Assembly: GCA_029258835.1 (NCBI GenBank) | Contig: JAPDJY010000039.1 | Span: forward strand, 99,615-163,614 | Reading direction: 5' to 3' | Origin: Thermoproteota archaeon | GTDB lineage: Archaea; Asgardarchaeota; Jordiarchaeia; Jordiarchaeales; Freyrarchaeaceae | Length of the DNA stretch: 64,000 bases | In this document: piece after piece, positions 38,464 to 48,833 of the stretch | Layout: every line of letters begins with the position of its first letter | Numbering within the stretch: position 1 is the stretch's first letter | Translations under genes and position numbers: made by a program | Notes under the pieces: generated by a model | Seen by the model: only the letters and a program-made list of their open reading frames with translations | Told to the model about the DNA's origin: nothing | The model's database searches: none

Positions 38464-40125
38464 TCAGCTCCTCCCTTCCAGCAAAAACTGGAGAGTATAT
38501 TCAAATGCAGCTACAGGATACTCCAGTTTAAAATTATTTAATACTTCTGGATGAATTTCTCCAACCACGCCTATTACATTCCCATTCACGTCAACTTCAG
38601 CGCATCTTCCAGGAGTAAAACTAGGATGATCTGCCGCCTTAAAAACGTAACCGCGAACGTTAAGCTCCCTTAACACGCCTTCTGCAATAGATTTGATCTC
38701 CGTGAAATTTGCCTCTACGTGGGTTACTGCCCCAGCAAGGTGCAGCTCGCGGCTAGCTCCGGTTTCAGCCCTATCATCCAAAACAGCCACGTCGCCAACC
38801 TCAAAGATCATTTGAGGAAAAGGTTCATGTTTGTTAGTACTTATAACCTTTAGGAGGCAGGGTAAAAGATGTGAACGCATTATGTCGTATTCCGCGCTTA
38901 TCGGGTTAAGCAGCCGCACAGGGTCCCCGTGAAGCCTCATGTACTCATAGTGCTCCTTATAGTTTGCAAGCGTAAAATTAACAACCTCCATGAAGCCAAA
39001 GCCAACCATTATTAAGCGTACTTTATTTGAAATTTTCTGGACTGGATTTTGACTGGCAACAGTGACAGTACGTGGAACAGTTGGCTCAAGGTTGAAGTAT
39101 CCGTACCCTATAGCAACCTCTTCAACTAGGTCGACTTCATGCATTATGTCATACCTGTAAGCAGGAACCAGAACCGATAATGTTTTACCTATTCGTTCAA
39201 CACCAAGTCGAGCCTTTTCTAAGCATTTAGCTATGGTTTTAGGTTTCAACTTTAACCCAAGTAGCTTGTTAACATAATCCACACTTAAGGACCAGCGAGA
39301 AGGCGTTAAATCAGGCGTGATGAGTGTTTTATCAGGGTAGTTGACGGTCACATGTTCTAGATGGCCTCCCATTTCAGCAAAGGCGGTGACTAGGATGCTT
39401 AAGGTTGCCATGACAGCGTTTAAACTCGTACCTGTTACGTCTATGAAGAGGTTTCTTGTCTCTTCAGTTACCCGTGTTAAAACGCCGTTTATAATTGGAG
39501 GAAAGGAAAGGACATTTCCCTCACTATCGGTGATTAGAGGGTACTTGTCTGCGTCCTTAAGGATGTGTGCATACATTACCCCTTTAGGATGTTTAGCTAA
39601 GATCTCACGTGGAGTCATCTCTATATCCATATCTAAAGGAACGAAGCGGACTTCGTTGGGGTCTACGGCATGGTAGGTGAAAGGAGGCTTAACGGCGTCA
39701 AGGTTGTGCAAGCCTATCGATGACTTAGCCCTGTTCCTGCCTATGGCCCAGTCAAGGTCCTCCTGCATTCCTATAATTTCCAATATTCGCTCTTCGTCAA
39801 GCCTAATTCCTCTAACTACGCCGCAAACAATCCATGGTCGTACAGGTAAAACAGACGGGTCAGCGTTTAACACTATGCTCCCTCGCTCAACAGAGTAGCT
39901 GGGAAGCCCTGTTTCAATTTCCATGAAGCCTCTTAGGGCTCGTGCTATGCCTTCTTGGCTTGAAAAATCAGGCCGGTTAGGATTATATTCTATTTTAACA
40001 TAATCTTCGCCTGTTTCCTCTATGTCTACCCCGAGCCAAGGAACTAGACGTTCAAGCTCAGCAACGGATAGTTTACGTCCTAGGAGCTCGCTCATCCTTT
40101 GAGTTTTAAGAACAACCGTCGGCAT
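38464..40125 (-). CDS. pheT: Phenylalanyl-tRNA synthetase beta subunit
   Basis: PNRPD, SFPPIIN, DLVEEVAIGYG, GEIHPEVL. Confidence 0.96.
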   Translation of the reverse strand: MPTVVLKTQRMSELLGRKLSVAELERLVPWLGVDIEETGEDYVKIEYNPNRPDFSSQEGIARALRGFMEIETGLPSYSVERGSIVLNADPSVLPVRPWIVCGVVRGIRLDEERILEIIGMQEDLDWAIGRNRAKSSIGLHNLDAVKPPFTYHAVDPNEVRFVPLDMDIEMTPREILAKHPKGVMYAHILKDADKYPLITDSEGNVLSFPPIINGVLTRVTEETRNLFIDVTGTSLNAVMATLSILVTAFAEMGGHLEHVTVNYPDKTLITPDLTPSRWSLSVDYVNKLLGLKLKPKTIAKCLEKARLGVERIGKTLSVLVPAYRYDIMHEVDLVEEVAIGYGYFNLEPTVPRTVTVASQNPVQKISNKVRLIMVGFGFMEVVNFTLANYKEHYEYMRLHGDPVRLLNPISAEYDIMRSHLLPCLLKVISTNKHEPFPQMIFEVGDVAVLDDRAETGASRELHLAGAVTHVEANFTEIKSIAEGVLRELNVRGYVFKAADHPSFTPGRCAEVDVNGNVIGVVGEIHPEVLNNFKLEYPVAAFEYTLQFLLEGRS

Positions 40126-40139
40126 TATATCACCTCAGG

Positions 40140-41678
40140 CTAGAATAGCACGGGTGTTTTCCTAAGCCACCCTAAAGAGTTACGGTAAAGGTCTCTAATA
40201 TCTTCTAGGCCTAGCCTGAGCATGGCGATCCTTTCAAACCCGCCTCCCCATGCTAGGACGGGTGATTTAACTCCGAGAGGCAAGGTGACTTCAGGCCTGA
40301 AGATCCCGGCTCCGCACAGTTCCACCCAAGACCTGTACTCTTCAACGTAGACGGTAGATTGAACGGATGGCTCCGTGTAAGGGAAGAAACTCGGCCAGAA
40401 CTGAACTTTCTTAAATCCTAATTTCCAATAGAACTCCTTTAAAACACCCATTAAATCCCGTAAAGTAGCATTATCATCAACTATTATCCCTTCAATTTGA
40501 TGGAATTCCGCGAGGTGCTTATAGTCTAGCTTTTCATTCCTATAAACGCGATCCACCGAAAAAACCTTTACTGGAGGGTCTCTATGCTCAGCAAGATAAC
40601 GTATGGTGGTAGCAGTGGTATGAGTCCTCAGGATCGCTTGTTGAGCATTTTCAATGTTCCAAGCGTACCCCCAACCCCTTGAGCCAGTCTCCCATCCGTC
40701 CTCGTGCGTCCTCGCCACCCTATGTACTAGATCTTCACTTGGCAGTTGCGTCTTAGATGGTCTTTTTAGGTAAAATGTGTCATGCATTTCCCGGGCTGGA
40801 TGATCCTGTGGGGTAAATAGAACGTCAAAGTTCCAGAAGGAGGATTCAACCAATGGCCCCCTGATCTCCTCGAAACCCATACTTAGAAAGATCTCTCTTA
40901 TCTCATTTATAAGCTGGATGACCGGATGTATTTTTCCAGGGTAAACAGCTTTAACAGGAGCTTCGACGTTGAACCTCCGTAATTTAACCTTTCTCCAAGC
41001 CCTGGTTCTTATTAATTCAGGAGTAAGGAGGCTAACCCCCTCCTCAACTTCTACACCTTTTTTCAGGGCGTTAATTCCGGCATTGGTTACCCACGCAAAA
41101 GTTAGCGTCTCCGTATCTTTCTTTACTAGGTTCCGTCTACGAAGAACATCGGCTACACGCCTTAAGTTCTTGGGAATATCAGAGAGGCTGGCTTCCCCCT
41201 TCTGCATCCATAAAAGCTCTATGAGAAGTTCATCTTCTCCTTTAGGAGGGGAGGGGGTGAGGGCTTTAAGCGTAAGCTTACCGTCTGCCTTTGAGACTTG
41301 CACCCATCCTTTACGACGAGCCCACCCAACTGAGATATTAACCAAGGAAGCAGGGAGGATGTTAGCGTTTAAAACATCATCTAAAAGTGCTTCGCCTCCC
41401 TGCTCTACAATGAAATTTAGAAGAGTTCGTTCAGGCAACATTGTAGAAGCATATTCTTTACCTTCCTCGGTGAGGGAGATGCGTTCAATAAGCTTTGATT
41501 CCGTGGAGATTAAGCCTTTCTCTTCAAGCCATGCTAAAGACTTTACTAAAGTAGCATAATCATAACCTGTCCCAGCGATGAGCTCATCGAGTGATGCCTT
41601 ATCACGCTTATTAGCGAGAAAACGAAGGACCCTGACTTCAACTTCACGAAGAGATGCAGCGGACGCAGCCAAACGCAA
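40140..41678 (-). CDS. pheS: Phenylalanyl-tRNA synthetase alpha subunit
   Basis: FWNFDVLFTPQDHPAREMHDTF, LRTHTT, EFHQIEG, FPYTEPS, GIFRPEV. Confidence 0.97.
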   Translation of the reverse strand: MRLAASAASLREVEVRVLRFLANKRDKASLDELIAGTGYDYATLVKSLAWLEEKGLISTESKLIERISLTEEGKEYASTMLPERTLLNFIVEQGGEALLDDVLNANILPASLVNISVGWARRKGWVQVSKADGKLTLKALTPSPPKGEDELLIELLWMQKGEASLSDIPKNLRRVADVLRRRNLVKKDTETLTFAWVTNAGINALKKGVEVEEGVSLLTPELIRTRAWRKVKLRRFNVEAPVKAVYPGKIHPVIQLINEIREIFLSMGFEEIRGPLVESSFWNFDVLFTPQDHPAREMHDTFYLKRPSKTQLPSEDLVHRVARTHEDGWETGSRGWGYAWNIENAQQAILRTHTTATTIRYLAEHRDPPVKVFSVDRVYRNEKLDYKHLAEFHQIEGIIVDDNATLRDLMGVLKEFYWKLGFKKVQFWPSFFPYTEPSVQSTVYVEEYRSWVELCGAGIFRPEVTLPLGVKSPVLAWGGGFERIAMLRLGLEDIRDLYRNSLGWLRKTPVLF

Positions 41679-41848
41679 CAGCCTCCCTACATGCTTTCGT
41701 TAAAGGAGTAGAACCAAAAAGAATATTAAAAACATTATGGCAAGAAAGCAGAGCAGCTTTTTGGAAGAGGAATCCAAGAGGCACTTACAGGCTGATAAAC
41801 TATAGGAGTAAGCAACTGGAAAAGTAAGAAAAGTAAGTTTTGACGGTT

Positions 41849-42334
41849 TCACAAGGGTGCCCCTTTAAGGGGGCGGCCATCCTCGTCTATTTCTCCCTTT
41901 CTGATACGTGTACTGCTTATTCGCTCGCCGTTTTCAGCTTTAACTAATGGCACCACCACTAGTTCTAGTGGCTTTAATCCTTTCTCTACTCTAATCTTAT
42001 TTATTTCATCCACTCTCCAAGCAACATCCTCACCAGCAACGATAGCTTCAAGTCCAACGTCCTCGATTGCGGGGCCATAAGGATCATTAAGTTTTATAAT
42101 TTCGACTCTTGGAAGGGCGCTTACTTCCTCGAAAAAGCGCATCAAACGAGCACGCCTAACAGAAAATGGATCTATTCGCTCAGATAAACTCTTCCTTGAA
42201 CACATTTCATCAGACGTAAGGCCGACCATTACCTTCTCACCGATTTCCAGCGCCTTACTCAGCAAAACCCGATGTCCTTTATGGAGTTTGTCAAAAGTCC
42301 CAGAGACGCCTACAAGTTTAAACCTGTAAGTCAA
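41849..42334 (-). CDS. coaD: Phosphopantetheine adenylyltransferase (archaeal type)
   Basis: GTFDKLHKGH, DPYGPA, RISSTRIR.GEID. Confidence 0.9.
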   Translation of the reverse strand: MTYRFKLVGVSGTFDKLHKGHRVLLSKALEIGEKVMVGLTSDEMCSRKSLSERIDPFSVRRARLMRFFEEVSALPRVEIIKLNDPYGPAIEDVGLEAIVAGEDVAWRVDEINKIRVEKGLKPLELVVVPLVKAENGERISSTRIRKGEIDEDGRPLKGAPL

Positions 42335-42472
42335 AAAACCCCTCCGGCCTTTTGCTAGAAGACACCCTCTAACATTAAATATTTAAAAAATTAACGAGAA
42401 AGCAGCATCCGTTACTTAAGGAGGGTTTGCTACTTTATAAAGGCACTTTAACATGAAGTAGAGGAGGGTGAC

Positions 42473-42655
42473 ATGAAGGGGGGGAAGAAAAGAGAATTAC
42501 CCTTAGAAAAACGTAGGAGGCGCTTTAAGAATATTAAGAATATAAAGCGACTTTTCTCCACCTTTCCCGAATGGTATGAAAGGGAAGTGTTAAAGCAGGA
42601 ATCCTTACTTGCAGGTAATGGAGGGAACGAAAGCTTTATGAAGGGAGCTAGTTGA
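42473..42655 (+). CDS. Possible small basic protein
   Basis: 60-aa ORF with strong GGAGGGTGA RBS; no recognised family. Confidence 0.35.
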   Translation: MKGGKKRELPLEKRRRRFKNIKNIKRLFSTFPEWYEREVLKQESLLAGNGGNESFMKGAS

Positions 42656-42709
42656 GTAAGGGATCGCAACAGAAATTAGAGTACGTAAAAAATAAGGAGG
42701 GCTTAGAAA

Positions 42710-43123
42710 ATGGTTAAAGTAGATGACATCCAGATACCGGATGATTTACTTTATAACGAAACGCATCAATGGGCTAAAATTGAGGACGGGAAAGTCCGCG
42801 TAGGAATTACCGATTACGCACAGAAGGCATTAAGAGAAGTTGTTTACGTTGAGCTTCCTGAGGTAGGCGACGAGGTCAGTCAGGGAGATGAGTTTGGCAC
42901 TATAGAATCTGTGAAAGCGGTCTCGGAGCTATATGCTCCGGTAAGTGGGAAAATTGTAGAAGTTAACAGCGCCCTAGAGGATTCGCCCGAATTAGTTAAC
43001 AGTGATCCCTATGGTGAAGGTTGGATGATTGTGATTGAAGCGTCAAATCTTGACGAGGAAAAGGAGGGCCTATTGTCGGCTGAAGATTACGCGGAAATCG
43101 TGGAAAAGGAGATGGAAAAGTAA
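42710..43123 (+). CDS. gcvH: Glycine cleavage system H protein (lipoyl carrier)
   Basis: GITDYAQ, IESVKAVSE, APVSG, NSDPYGEGW. Confidence 0.96.
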   Translation: MVKVDDIQIPDDLLYNETHQWAKIEDGKVRVGITDYAQKALREVVYVELPEVGDEVSQGDEFGTIESVKAVSELYAPVSGKIVEVNSALEDSPELVNSDPYGEGWMIVIEASNLDEEKEGLLSAEDYAEIVEKEMEK

Positions 43124-43214
43124 GCTTTCGTTAGGTTTTTACTTTCTTCTTTTTTGAAAAATTACTTTTTTATCAACTAACTAGTTTTGTTAATGGCGGG
43201 TTGGGTGGTGAAGT

Positions 43215-45101
43215 TTGGGTCTTTACTTAGGAGCGGTTAAGCTTTTCTGGTGTGAGACGTGCAATGTCCCGCTCCTAGATGAGAAATGCTCTCTCTGCGG
43301 GGGGGTAGGGACTAAAGTTAATATTTCTCCTCCAGGAGACGCACGCCCAGCATTTAGAGGCGAAATCGAGATCTTACAAAAGGCCGTGATGAAGCAGTTT
43401 GGAGTTCGCCTACCCCACGGTTGTATAGTCCTGAATAAAGTCCCCTACCTAGACCATATGGATGAGGTTATTATTAATGGAGTGATTCTAGGTGCATTAA
43501 GGTTTAACATTTTCAAATTTGACTGGGAATTCGTTCCGAGGCTTGCAGGAGGATGCAAAATTTGGCAGTTTGGAGGGAAAAAATGGGTTTGTGTGGATGA
43601 AGGAGCTGTAAATGCGATCCTAAAAGGAAGTGCGAACCTTCTTGGCCCAGGAGTGGTGGACTGCGACCCCGAAATCAATGTTGATGACCAAGTTATCCTC
43701 GTAACACGTGAAGGAGATGTTTTCGGTGTCGGCGTTGCTAAGAAGTCAGGAGAAGGGATGCTAAGAAGAGAAAAAGGAGTGGCTGTTAAGGTGAGGGAAA
43801 AAGGAGTATGGAGAGAGAAGGAGGGAAAAGAGGGAGGGACATGGGAGAATGCTGTTAAAGCAAATGAGGAAGCACTAGCCGAGTTTGAAAGAAAAGCAAT
43901 ACGTTTCATTAGAAACGTAGCGAGAAATTATGGAAGACCTGTGACCGTGGCGTTTTCTGGTGGAAAAGACTCTTTAGTAACCCTTCTACTTGCTGTAAAG
44001 GCACTTGGATTAGAAAATCTTAAAGTGTTATTCATAGATACGGGGGTGGAGTTTCCAGAAACTGTCAAGTACACGTATGAGATCGTTGAAAAGTTAGGAG
44101 TTAATCTTTTGACAGCTGAGGTTGGGGAGGAGGCATTCTGGGAGCTTGTTGAAATGTTTGGTCCTCCAGGAAGAGATTATAGGATATGCTGTAAACGATG
44201 CAAGCTAGGGCCACTAACAAAGCTTATCGAGGAAAACTTTCCAGAAGGATGTGTTACATTTATAGGTCGGAGAAGCTACGAGTCTGAGGCAAGGTTTAGA
44301 GAGCCTAAGGTCAGCGTGAACCCCTGGGTTCCAAAGCAAATTTCCGCGTACCCCATAAAGGACTGGACTGCCCTCCACGTCTGGCTCTACATTTTCAGGG
44401 AAAAGGCAGATTATAATCCTCTATACGAGATCGGGTTTAACAGGATCGGCTGTTGGCCTTGCCCAGCTAGTAAGGTTTCTGAAATTAGGCTGCTTAAGGA
44501 GCGCCATAGAGAACTTTACGATAAGTTAATGTCGGTGCTTGAAACATGGCGGGAAAGGTATGGCTACCCTAAAGAATGGATAAAATACGGTTTTTGGAGG
44601 TGGAAGAGGCTACCGAGAGGGCATATTAAGCTGGCGGAGCGGTTAGGGGTGAATGTTCCTGCCGAGAGGCCGGCAGGAGGGGAAAAGATATCTTACAGCG
44701 TCGAGGAAGAACGGTGGAATGTGACAGGGGTGCTTAGGGGAAGATTTAACTGTAGCATGGACATGCCCCGAATTAAGAACATTGCGAATGTAATCGGGAA
44801 GGTTACCGAGGATAAAAGTGAAATAATAGTGGAAGGAAGGGAAGGGGTTTGCCGCCTCTCTGTAGACGGAACATTTGAAATTCTAGGAGAAAGTAGAGGT
44901 AAACTGAAAAGATTAGAGAAGCTTATGTTTCACGTAGTTGTGAGGGCTATGAGGTGTGTGGGTTGCGGTGAGTGCACCTCAGCCTGTAAGAAGGAGGCTA
45001 TTTTAATTAAATGGGGACTTGCATGGATTATGGAAGATAGGTGTATTCACTGCTCCAAGTGTTTAAAGTCAAGGTGTACGGCGTTTTATGCTAACGCGTA
45101 A
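43215..45101 (+). CDS. PAPS reductase family protein with PUA and C-terminal 4Fe-4S domains
   Basis: WCETCNVPL, PUA domain, FSGGKDS, CCKRCK, RIGCWPCP, CVGCGEC. Confidence 0.9.
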   Translation: MGLYLGAVKLFWCETCNVPLLDEKCSLCGGVGTKVNISPPGDARPAFRGEIEILQKAVMKQFGVRLPHGCIVLNKVPYLDHMDEVIINGVILGALRFNIFKFDWEFVPRLAGGCKIWQFGGKKWVCVDEGAVNAILKGSANLLGPGVVDCDPEINVDDQVILVTREGDVFGVGVAKKSGEGMLRREKGVAVKVREKGVWREKEGKEGGTWENAVKANEEALAEFERKAIRFIRNVARNYGRPVTVAFSGGKDSLVTLLLAVKALGLENLKVLFIDTGVEFPETVKYTYEIVEKLGVNLLTAEVGEEAFWELVEMFGPPGRDYRICCKRCKLGPLTKLIEENFPEGCVTFIGRRSYESEARFREPKVSVNPWVPKQISAYPIKDWTALHVWLYIFREKADYNPLYEIGFNRIGCWPCPASKVSEIRLLKERHRELYDKLMSVLETWRERYGYPKEWIKYGFWRWKRLPRGHIKLAERLGVNVPAERPAGGEKISYSVEEERWNVTGVLRGRFNCSMDMPRIKNIANVIGKVTEDKSEIIVEGREGVCRLSVDGTFEILGESRGKLKRLEKLMFHVVVRAMRCVGCGECTSACKKEAILIKWGLAWIMEDRCIHCSKCLKSRCTAFYANA

Positions 45102-45108
45102 GCTGGCC

Positions 45109-45468
45109 TTAGGTTATGTTTGAAACCATTGTTCTTATCTCTTCTATGAGTTCCTTCCTTAATTTCTGGGCGTCCCTTATTTCTAGGGGCTCAGCCTCCT
45201 TCGCCACGTTTTTCAACTGAACCACACTTCCCACAGCGCTCACATTGGAAACATCAACCGAGAACTCCACCTCTAACCCCTTAACTACTATTTCAACTTT
45301 TGCAGGAGGAAGCGTCAACTTAACGCTTCTTACAATCCCAACTATCCTTGCTGCACCATCAATTACTAATTTCCCTGTAAGTTCTCCTGGAACCATAAGC
45401 TCATAAAGCTCAGATTGAATGCCTGAAAGCCCTTCTTGACCAAGGGCTGCAAGTTCCATTTCAATCAC
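45109..45468 (-). CDS. PRC-barrel-like domain protein
   Basis: LTGKLVIDGAARIVGIV...V.AVG.VV pattern. Confidence 0.6.
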   Translation of the reverse strand: MIEMELAALGQEGLSGIQSELYELMVPGELTGKLVIDGAARIVGIVRSVKLTLPPAKVEIVVKGLEVEFSVDVSNVSAVGSVVQLKNVAKEAEPLEIRDAQKLRKELIEEIRTMVSNIT

Positions 45469-45583
45469 CTTTCACCCATTGTGCTGCTTTTTACAGGTAG
45501 TGTGGAAATATATAATATTAGATAAGACGGAGGGAACATTGAAGTGTTTTAGTGGAAGAGCCACTAAATAATAATTATAATCA

Positions 45584-47869
45584 ATGTTGAAAAAGGGAAG
45601 AAAGAGAATGAGAGATGCTGCTTCAGAAGAGAAATATGTTTTGCACCCTTTAGTTAAGGAGGGGGTTGTTGAGCGTAGAGCCTATCAGGAGGCAATAGTT
45701 GCTAAGGCTCTAGAGGGGAACACGCTTGTAATATTACCTACTGGTTTAGGGAAAACCATTATCGCAGCTCTAGTTATTGCACATAGGCTAAGCATGTTTA
45801 AGAGTGGAGTGGGTGTGGTTCTAGCTCCTACTAGGCCTCTTGTGAGTCAGCATGCAGAAACACTTAGAGGCGTGTTAAACCTACCTGACAGATACATAAG
45901 AGTGTGTACTGGAGATGTAACGCCGAGTGAAAGGGAGACCATGTGGAAGGGGAAAGGAGTCGTGGTGGCGACGCCTCAAGTGGTTGAAAATGACGTGATT
46001 TCGGGGAGAGCTGACCCTTCAAAGTGGGTTGTCATGGTTTTCGATGAGGCTCACAGGGCTGTAGGCAGGTATCCTTACGTTTTCATAGCAGAGGAATATA
46101 TGAGGAGAACTGCAAACCCGCTTATTTTAGCCCTCACAGCATCTCCCGGTTCTCAAAAAGAGAAAGTTCTGGAGATATGCAAGAATTTACACATAGTTAA
46201 TGTTGAGGTTAGAAGTGAACGTAGTCCAGATGTAACCCCTTACATTAAAGGCATTAGAATGGAATGGGTTAATGTTAACCTTCCCATGGAGGTTAAAGGG
46301 GTTAGAGAAGTGCTTGAGGAAGCCATTCAGAAACATTTGAATGTGTTAAGAGAGGCAGGCTACGTTCAACGGAGAAAAAAGTGGAGAAGAAAGGATCTTT
46401 TGGAGGTTCAAGAGAGACTCTTAAGGATGGAAGAAAAGGGGGAGAAAGAATATGAGTGTATGTCCTCTGTAGCTGCAGCTATACGCTTAAGCTATGCACA
46501 TGAAATATTAGAGACGCAGGGAATTAGGGCTTTAAAGAAGTATTTTGATTCTTTAGAGGAAAAGTTGAGGATGCGAGGAGGGAGAGGGTTAAAGGCACTC
46601 TTAGAGGACCCTCTTATTTGTACTATAAGAGAGAAAATAGCAGAGATGGTTGAGAGGCAGGCTACCCACCCTAAGATTAATACGCTCATTGATGTTCTTA
46701 AGAAGCAGCTAAAAGCAAAACCTTTGTCACGGGTGATAGTTTTCACTCAATTTAGAAGTACAGTTGAAGAGATTTTGGACGCATTAAAGCAGCATGACGT
46801 TAACGCTGAAAGGTTTGTTGGGCAGTCTAGTAGGGGCGGTGATCCAGGTCTAACACAAAAAATGCAAAAAGAAATCATTGACAGGTTTAGGAGGGGGGAA
46901 GTTAATGTCCTAATCGCCACTAGTGTGGCGGAGGAGGGACTTGATGTAAGCGAATGTGACTTGGTTGTATTCTATGACATTGCACCCAGTGCCATAAGAT
47001 TTGTTCAGAGAAAAGGACGGACAGGCAGGCGTAGACCCGGAAGAGTTGTCTTCCTTATTACTCGGGGGACAAGGGATGAGGCATATTATTGGTCGGTAAG
47101 ACGGAGAGAAGGAGAGATGCGGGAAGCAATAGGGAACCTTGAAAAAGAGAAGAGAAAGCTGCAGAGAGAAAGGGACCAGCAAGTAACTTTAGAAGAGTAC
47201 TTCGCTGAAAAAGAAAAACTGACTATTTACGCGGATGTTAGAGAAGGGAGCTCTCCTGTAATTCAGGAGTTAGCTAGGATGGAAATTGAAGTCGTTTTAA
47301 CAAGGCTGGACATAGGAGACTACATTGTCTCAGACAGGGTAGGAATAGAGCGCAAAACAGTAGATGATTTCCTTCGGTCAATAATTGATCAACGCATTTT
47401 CAGACAGCTTACAGAATTGTCGAAAGTTTACGAAATACCTATTTTAATAATAGAAGGAGAGGGGCTTTACGAAAGGAGAGGAATAAGGCCTGAAGCGATC
47501 GGAGGGGCTTTAGCAAGTATAGCGCTGGACTTTAAAACACCTGTACTTTGGACGAAGAACGCAAAGGAGACTGCAGAGATAATTAAGGCCTTAGCTCGGA
47601 GGGAAAGGGAGGCAGGCAGGCGAAGGATCCGTCTTGGAGTCAAGAAGCCAAGTACAATTAAGGAATTACAAGAATACTTGGTGGCTGCTTTGCCCGGGGT
47701 CGACCATGTGCTAGCTAGAAGGCTTCTTCAAAAATTTAGAACCGTTGAAAGGGTGTTTACTGCCAGTGAGAAGGAACTAATTGAGGTCTATGGCGTGGGG
47801 GAGAAAAAGGCTAAGAAAATAAGGGAGGTTCTAGAGGCAGAATATACAAAGGAAAAAGATTTAGGTTAA
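45584..47869 (+). CDS. hef: Hef helicase/nuclease (SF2 helicase + ERCC4 + HhH; FANCM-like)
   Basis: LPTGLGKT, DEAH, TASPG, QRKGRTGR, GDY..ERKT..DF, LPGV/GVG HhH motifs. Confidence 0.95.
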   Translation: MLKKGRKRMRDAASEEKYVLHPLVKEGVVERRAYQEAIVAKALEGNTLVILPTGLGKTIIAALVIAHRLSMFKSGVGVVLAPTRPLVSQHAETLRGVLNLPDRYIRVCTGDVTPSERETMWKGKGVVVATPQVVENDVISGRADPSKWVVMVFDEAHRAVGRYPYVFIAEEYMRRTANPLILALTASPGSQKEKVLEICKNLHIVNVEVRSERSPDVTPYIKGIRMEWVNVNLPMEVKGVREVLEEAIQKHLNVLREAGYVQRRKKWRRKDLLEVQERLLRMEEKGEKEYECMSSVAAAIRLSYAHEILETQGIRALKKYFDSLEEKLRMRGGRGLKALLEDPLICTIREKIAEMVERQATHPKINTLIDVLKKQLKAKPLSRVIVFTQFRSTVEEILDALKQHDVNAERFVGQSSRGGDPGLTQKMQKEIIDRFRRGEVNVLIATSVAEEGLDVSECDLVVFYDIAPSAIRFVQRKGRTGRRRPGRVVFLITRGTRDEAYYWSVRRREGEMREAIGNLEKEKRKLQRERDQQVTLEEYFAEKEKLTIYADVREGSSPVIQELARMEIEVVLTRLDIGDYIVSDRVGIERKTVDDFLRSIIDQRIFRQLTELSKVYEIPILIIEGEGLYERRGIRPEAIGGALASIALDFKTPVLWTKNAKETAEIIKALARREREAGRRRIRLGVKKPSTIKELQEYLVAALPGVDHVLARRLLQKFRTVERVFTASEKELIEVYGVGEKKAKKIREVLEAEYTKEKDLG

Positions 47870-48202
47870 CCGTTTTATACGCTCTAGCACTTCCAGCAGG
47901 CCAACAGCTACTCTTAATGCTTCCTGTAAGCGATCCATATCTCTTGCACTTCTAATTTCTTCTTCTATTTCTTTTAATTTATCGTAAATAGTGTTGGCTA
48001 AACTAGAGAGCATTAAGCTGCTTAGCTCCGGTGGAGGAGGCTCTCCTTCCCGAACTACAACCACTTGCTTCTCGCAGGTGGGACACCAGATCTTGTCTCC
48101 TATCTTAAAGAGAGGTGAACTGCAGACAGGACAAGATTTGGAAAGTAATGTTGCACCACGCCTAAGCATGTCAACCATTTTTTGTAGGTTCTCGGATTCC
48201 AA
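47861..48202 (-). CDS. UPF0148 / Sjogren autoantigen-1 family Zn-ribbon protein
   Basis: LRRGATLLSKSCPVCSSPLF, CPTC. Confidence 0.9.
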   Translation of the reverse strand: MESENLQKMVDMLRRGATLLSKSCPVCSSPLFKIGDKIWCPTCEKQVVVVREGEPPPPELSSLMLSSLANTIYDKLKEIEEEIRSARDMDRLQEALRVAVGLLEVLERIKRLT

Positions 48203-48481
48203 GGCAATTCACCTAAGGGAAATAGACCCCCTAAAGGAGCCTTGAGGAGAAAAAAGATAGGGCTGTAAATAAACGTTTCCAGTAAAGGTGACAGCTCAGC
48301 GTTTCTGTTTGATAGCATAGAGCGGTTGAGGGATTAAGTCTTAGTTTTTAGCTAGTGCCGGCGTAAGGTAAAAATAGGCTGATAGATCAACATTAGAATG
48401 ACTACGTTCAAATGCTTAAGTAATTATTTTTAAAAGGATATGTTTTGAGAATTTAAGAGAAAAAACGTGGAGGTTTAGTAG

Positions 48482-48745
48482 ATGAGTGATGCTGCTGAAA
48501 AAATGGAACAGGCGATAGCGATACTAAAGCAAATATCAGAAGATAACGCCACGCCAAGAAACATAAGGAGGGCCGCTAACGAGGCAATAGAAGCACTTAA
48601 GGAAGACAAGTATACGCCTGCTGTTAAGGCGTCAAACGCCATATCGATCTTAGAAGAGGTGTCACAAGACCCTAATTGCCCCTTGCATAGTAGAACGAAG
48701 ATATGGAACGCAGTTTCTATTTTGGAAACCGTAAGAGATGAGTAG
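48482..48745 (+). CDS. UPF0147 family protein
   Basis: TPRNIRRAA, AISILEEVSQDPNCPLHSRT. Confidence 0.92.
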   Translation: MSDAAEKMEQAIAILKQISEDNATPRNIRRAANEAIEALKEDKYTPAVKASNAISILEEVSQDPNCPLHSRTKIWNAVSILETVRDE

Positions 48746-48833
48746 CATTTCTCGAAGCCGACAGGCGAATCTTCCTTATTTATTAATTCCCTTCCTCTAA
48801 GGGAAGGGTCCGAGAAGGTTAGAGGTGGCATAA

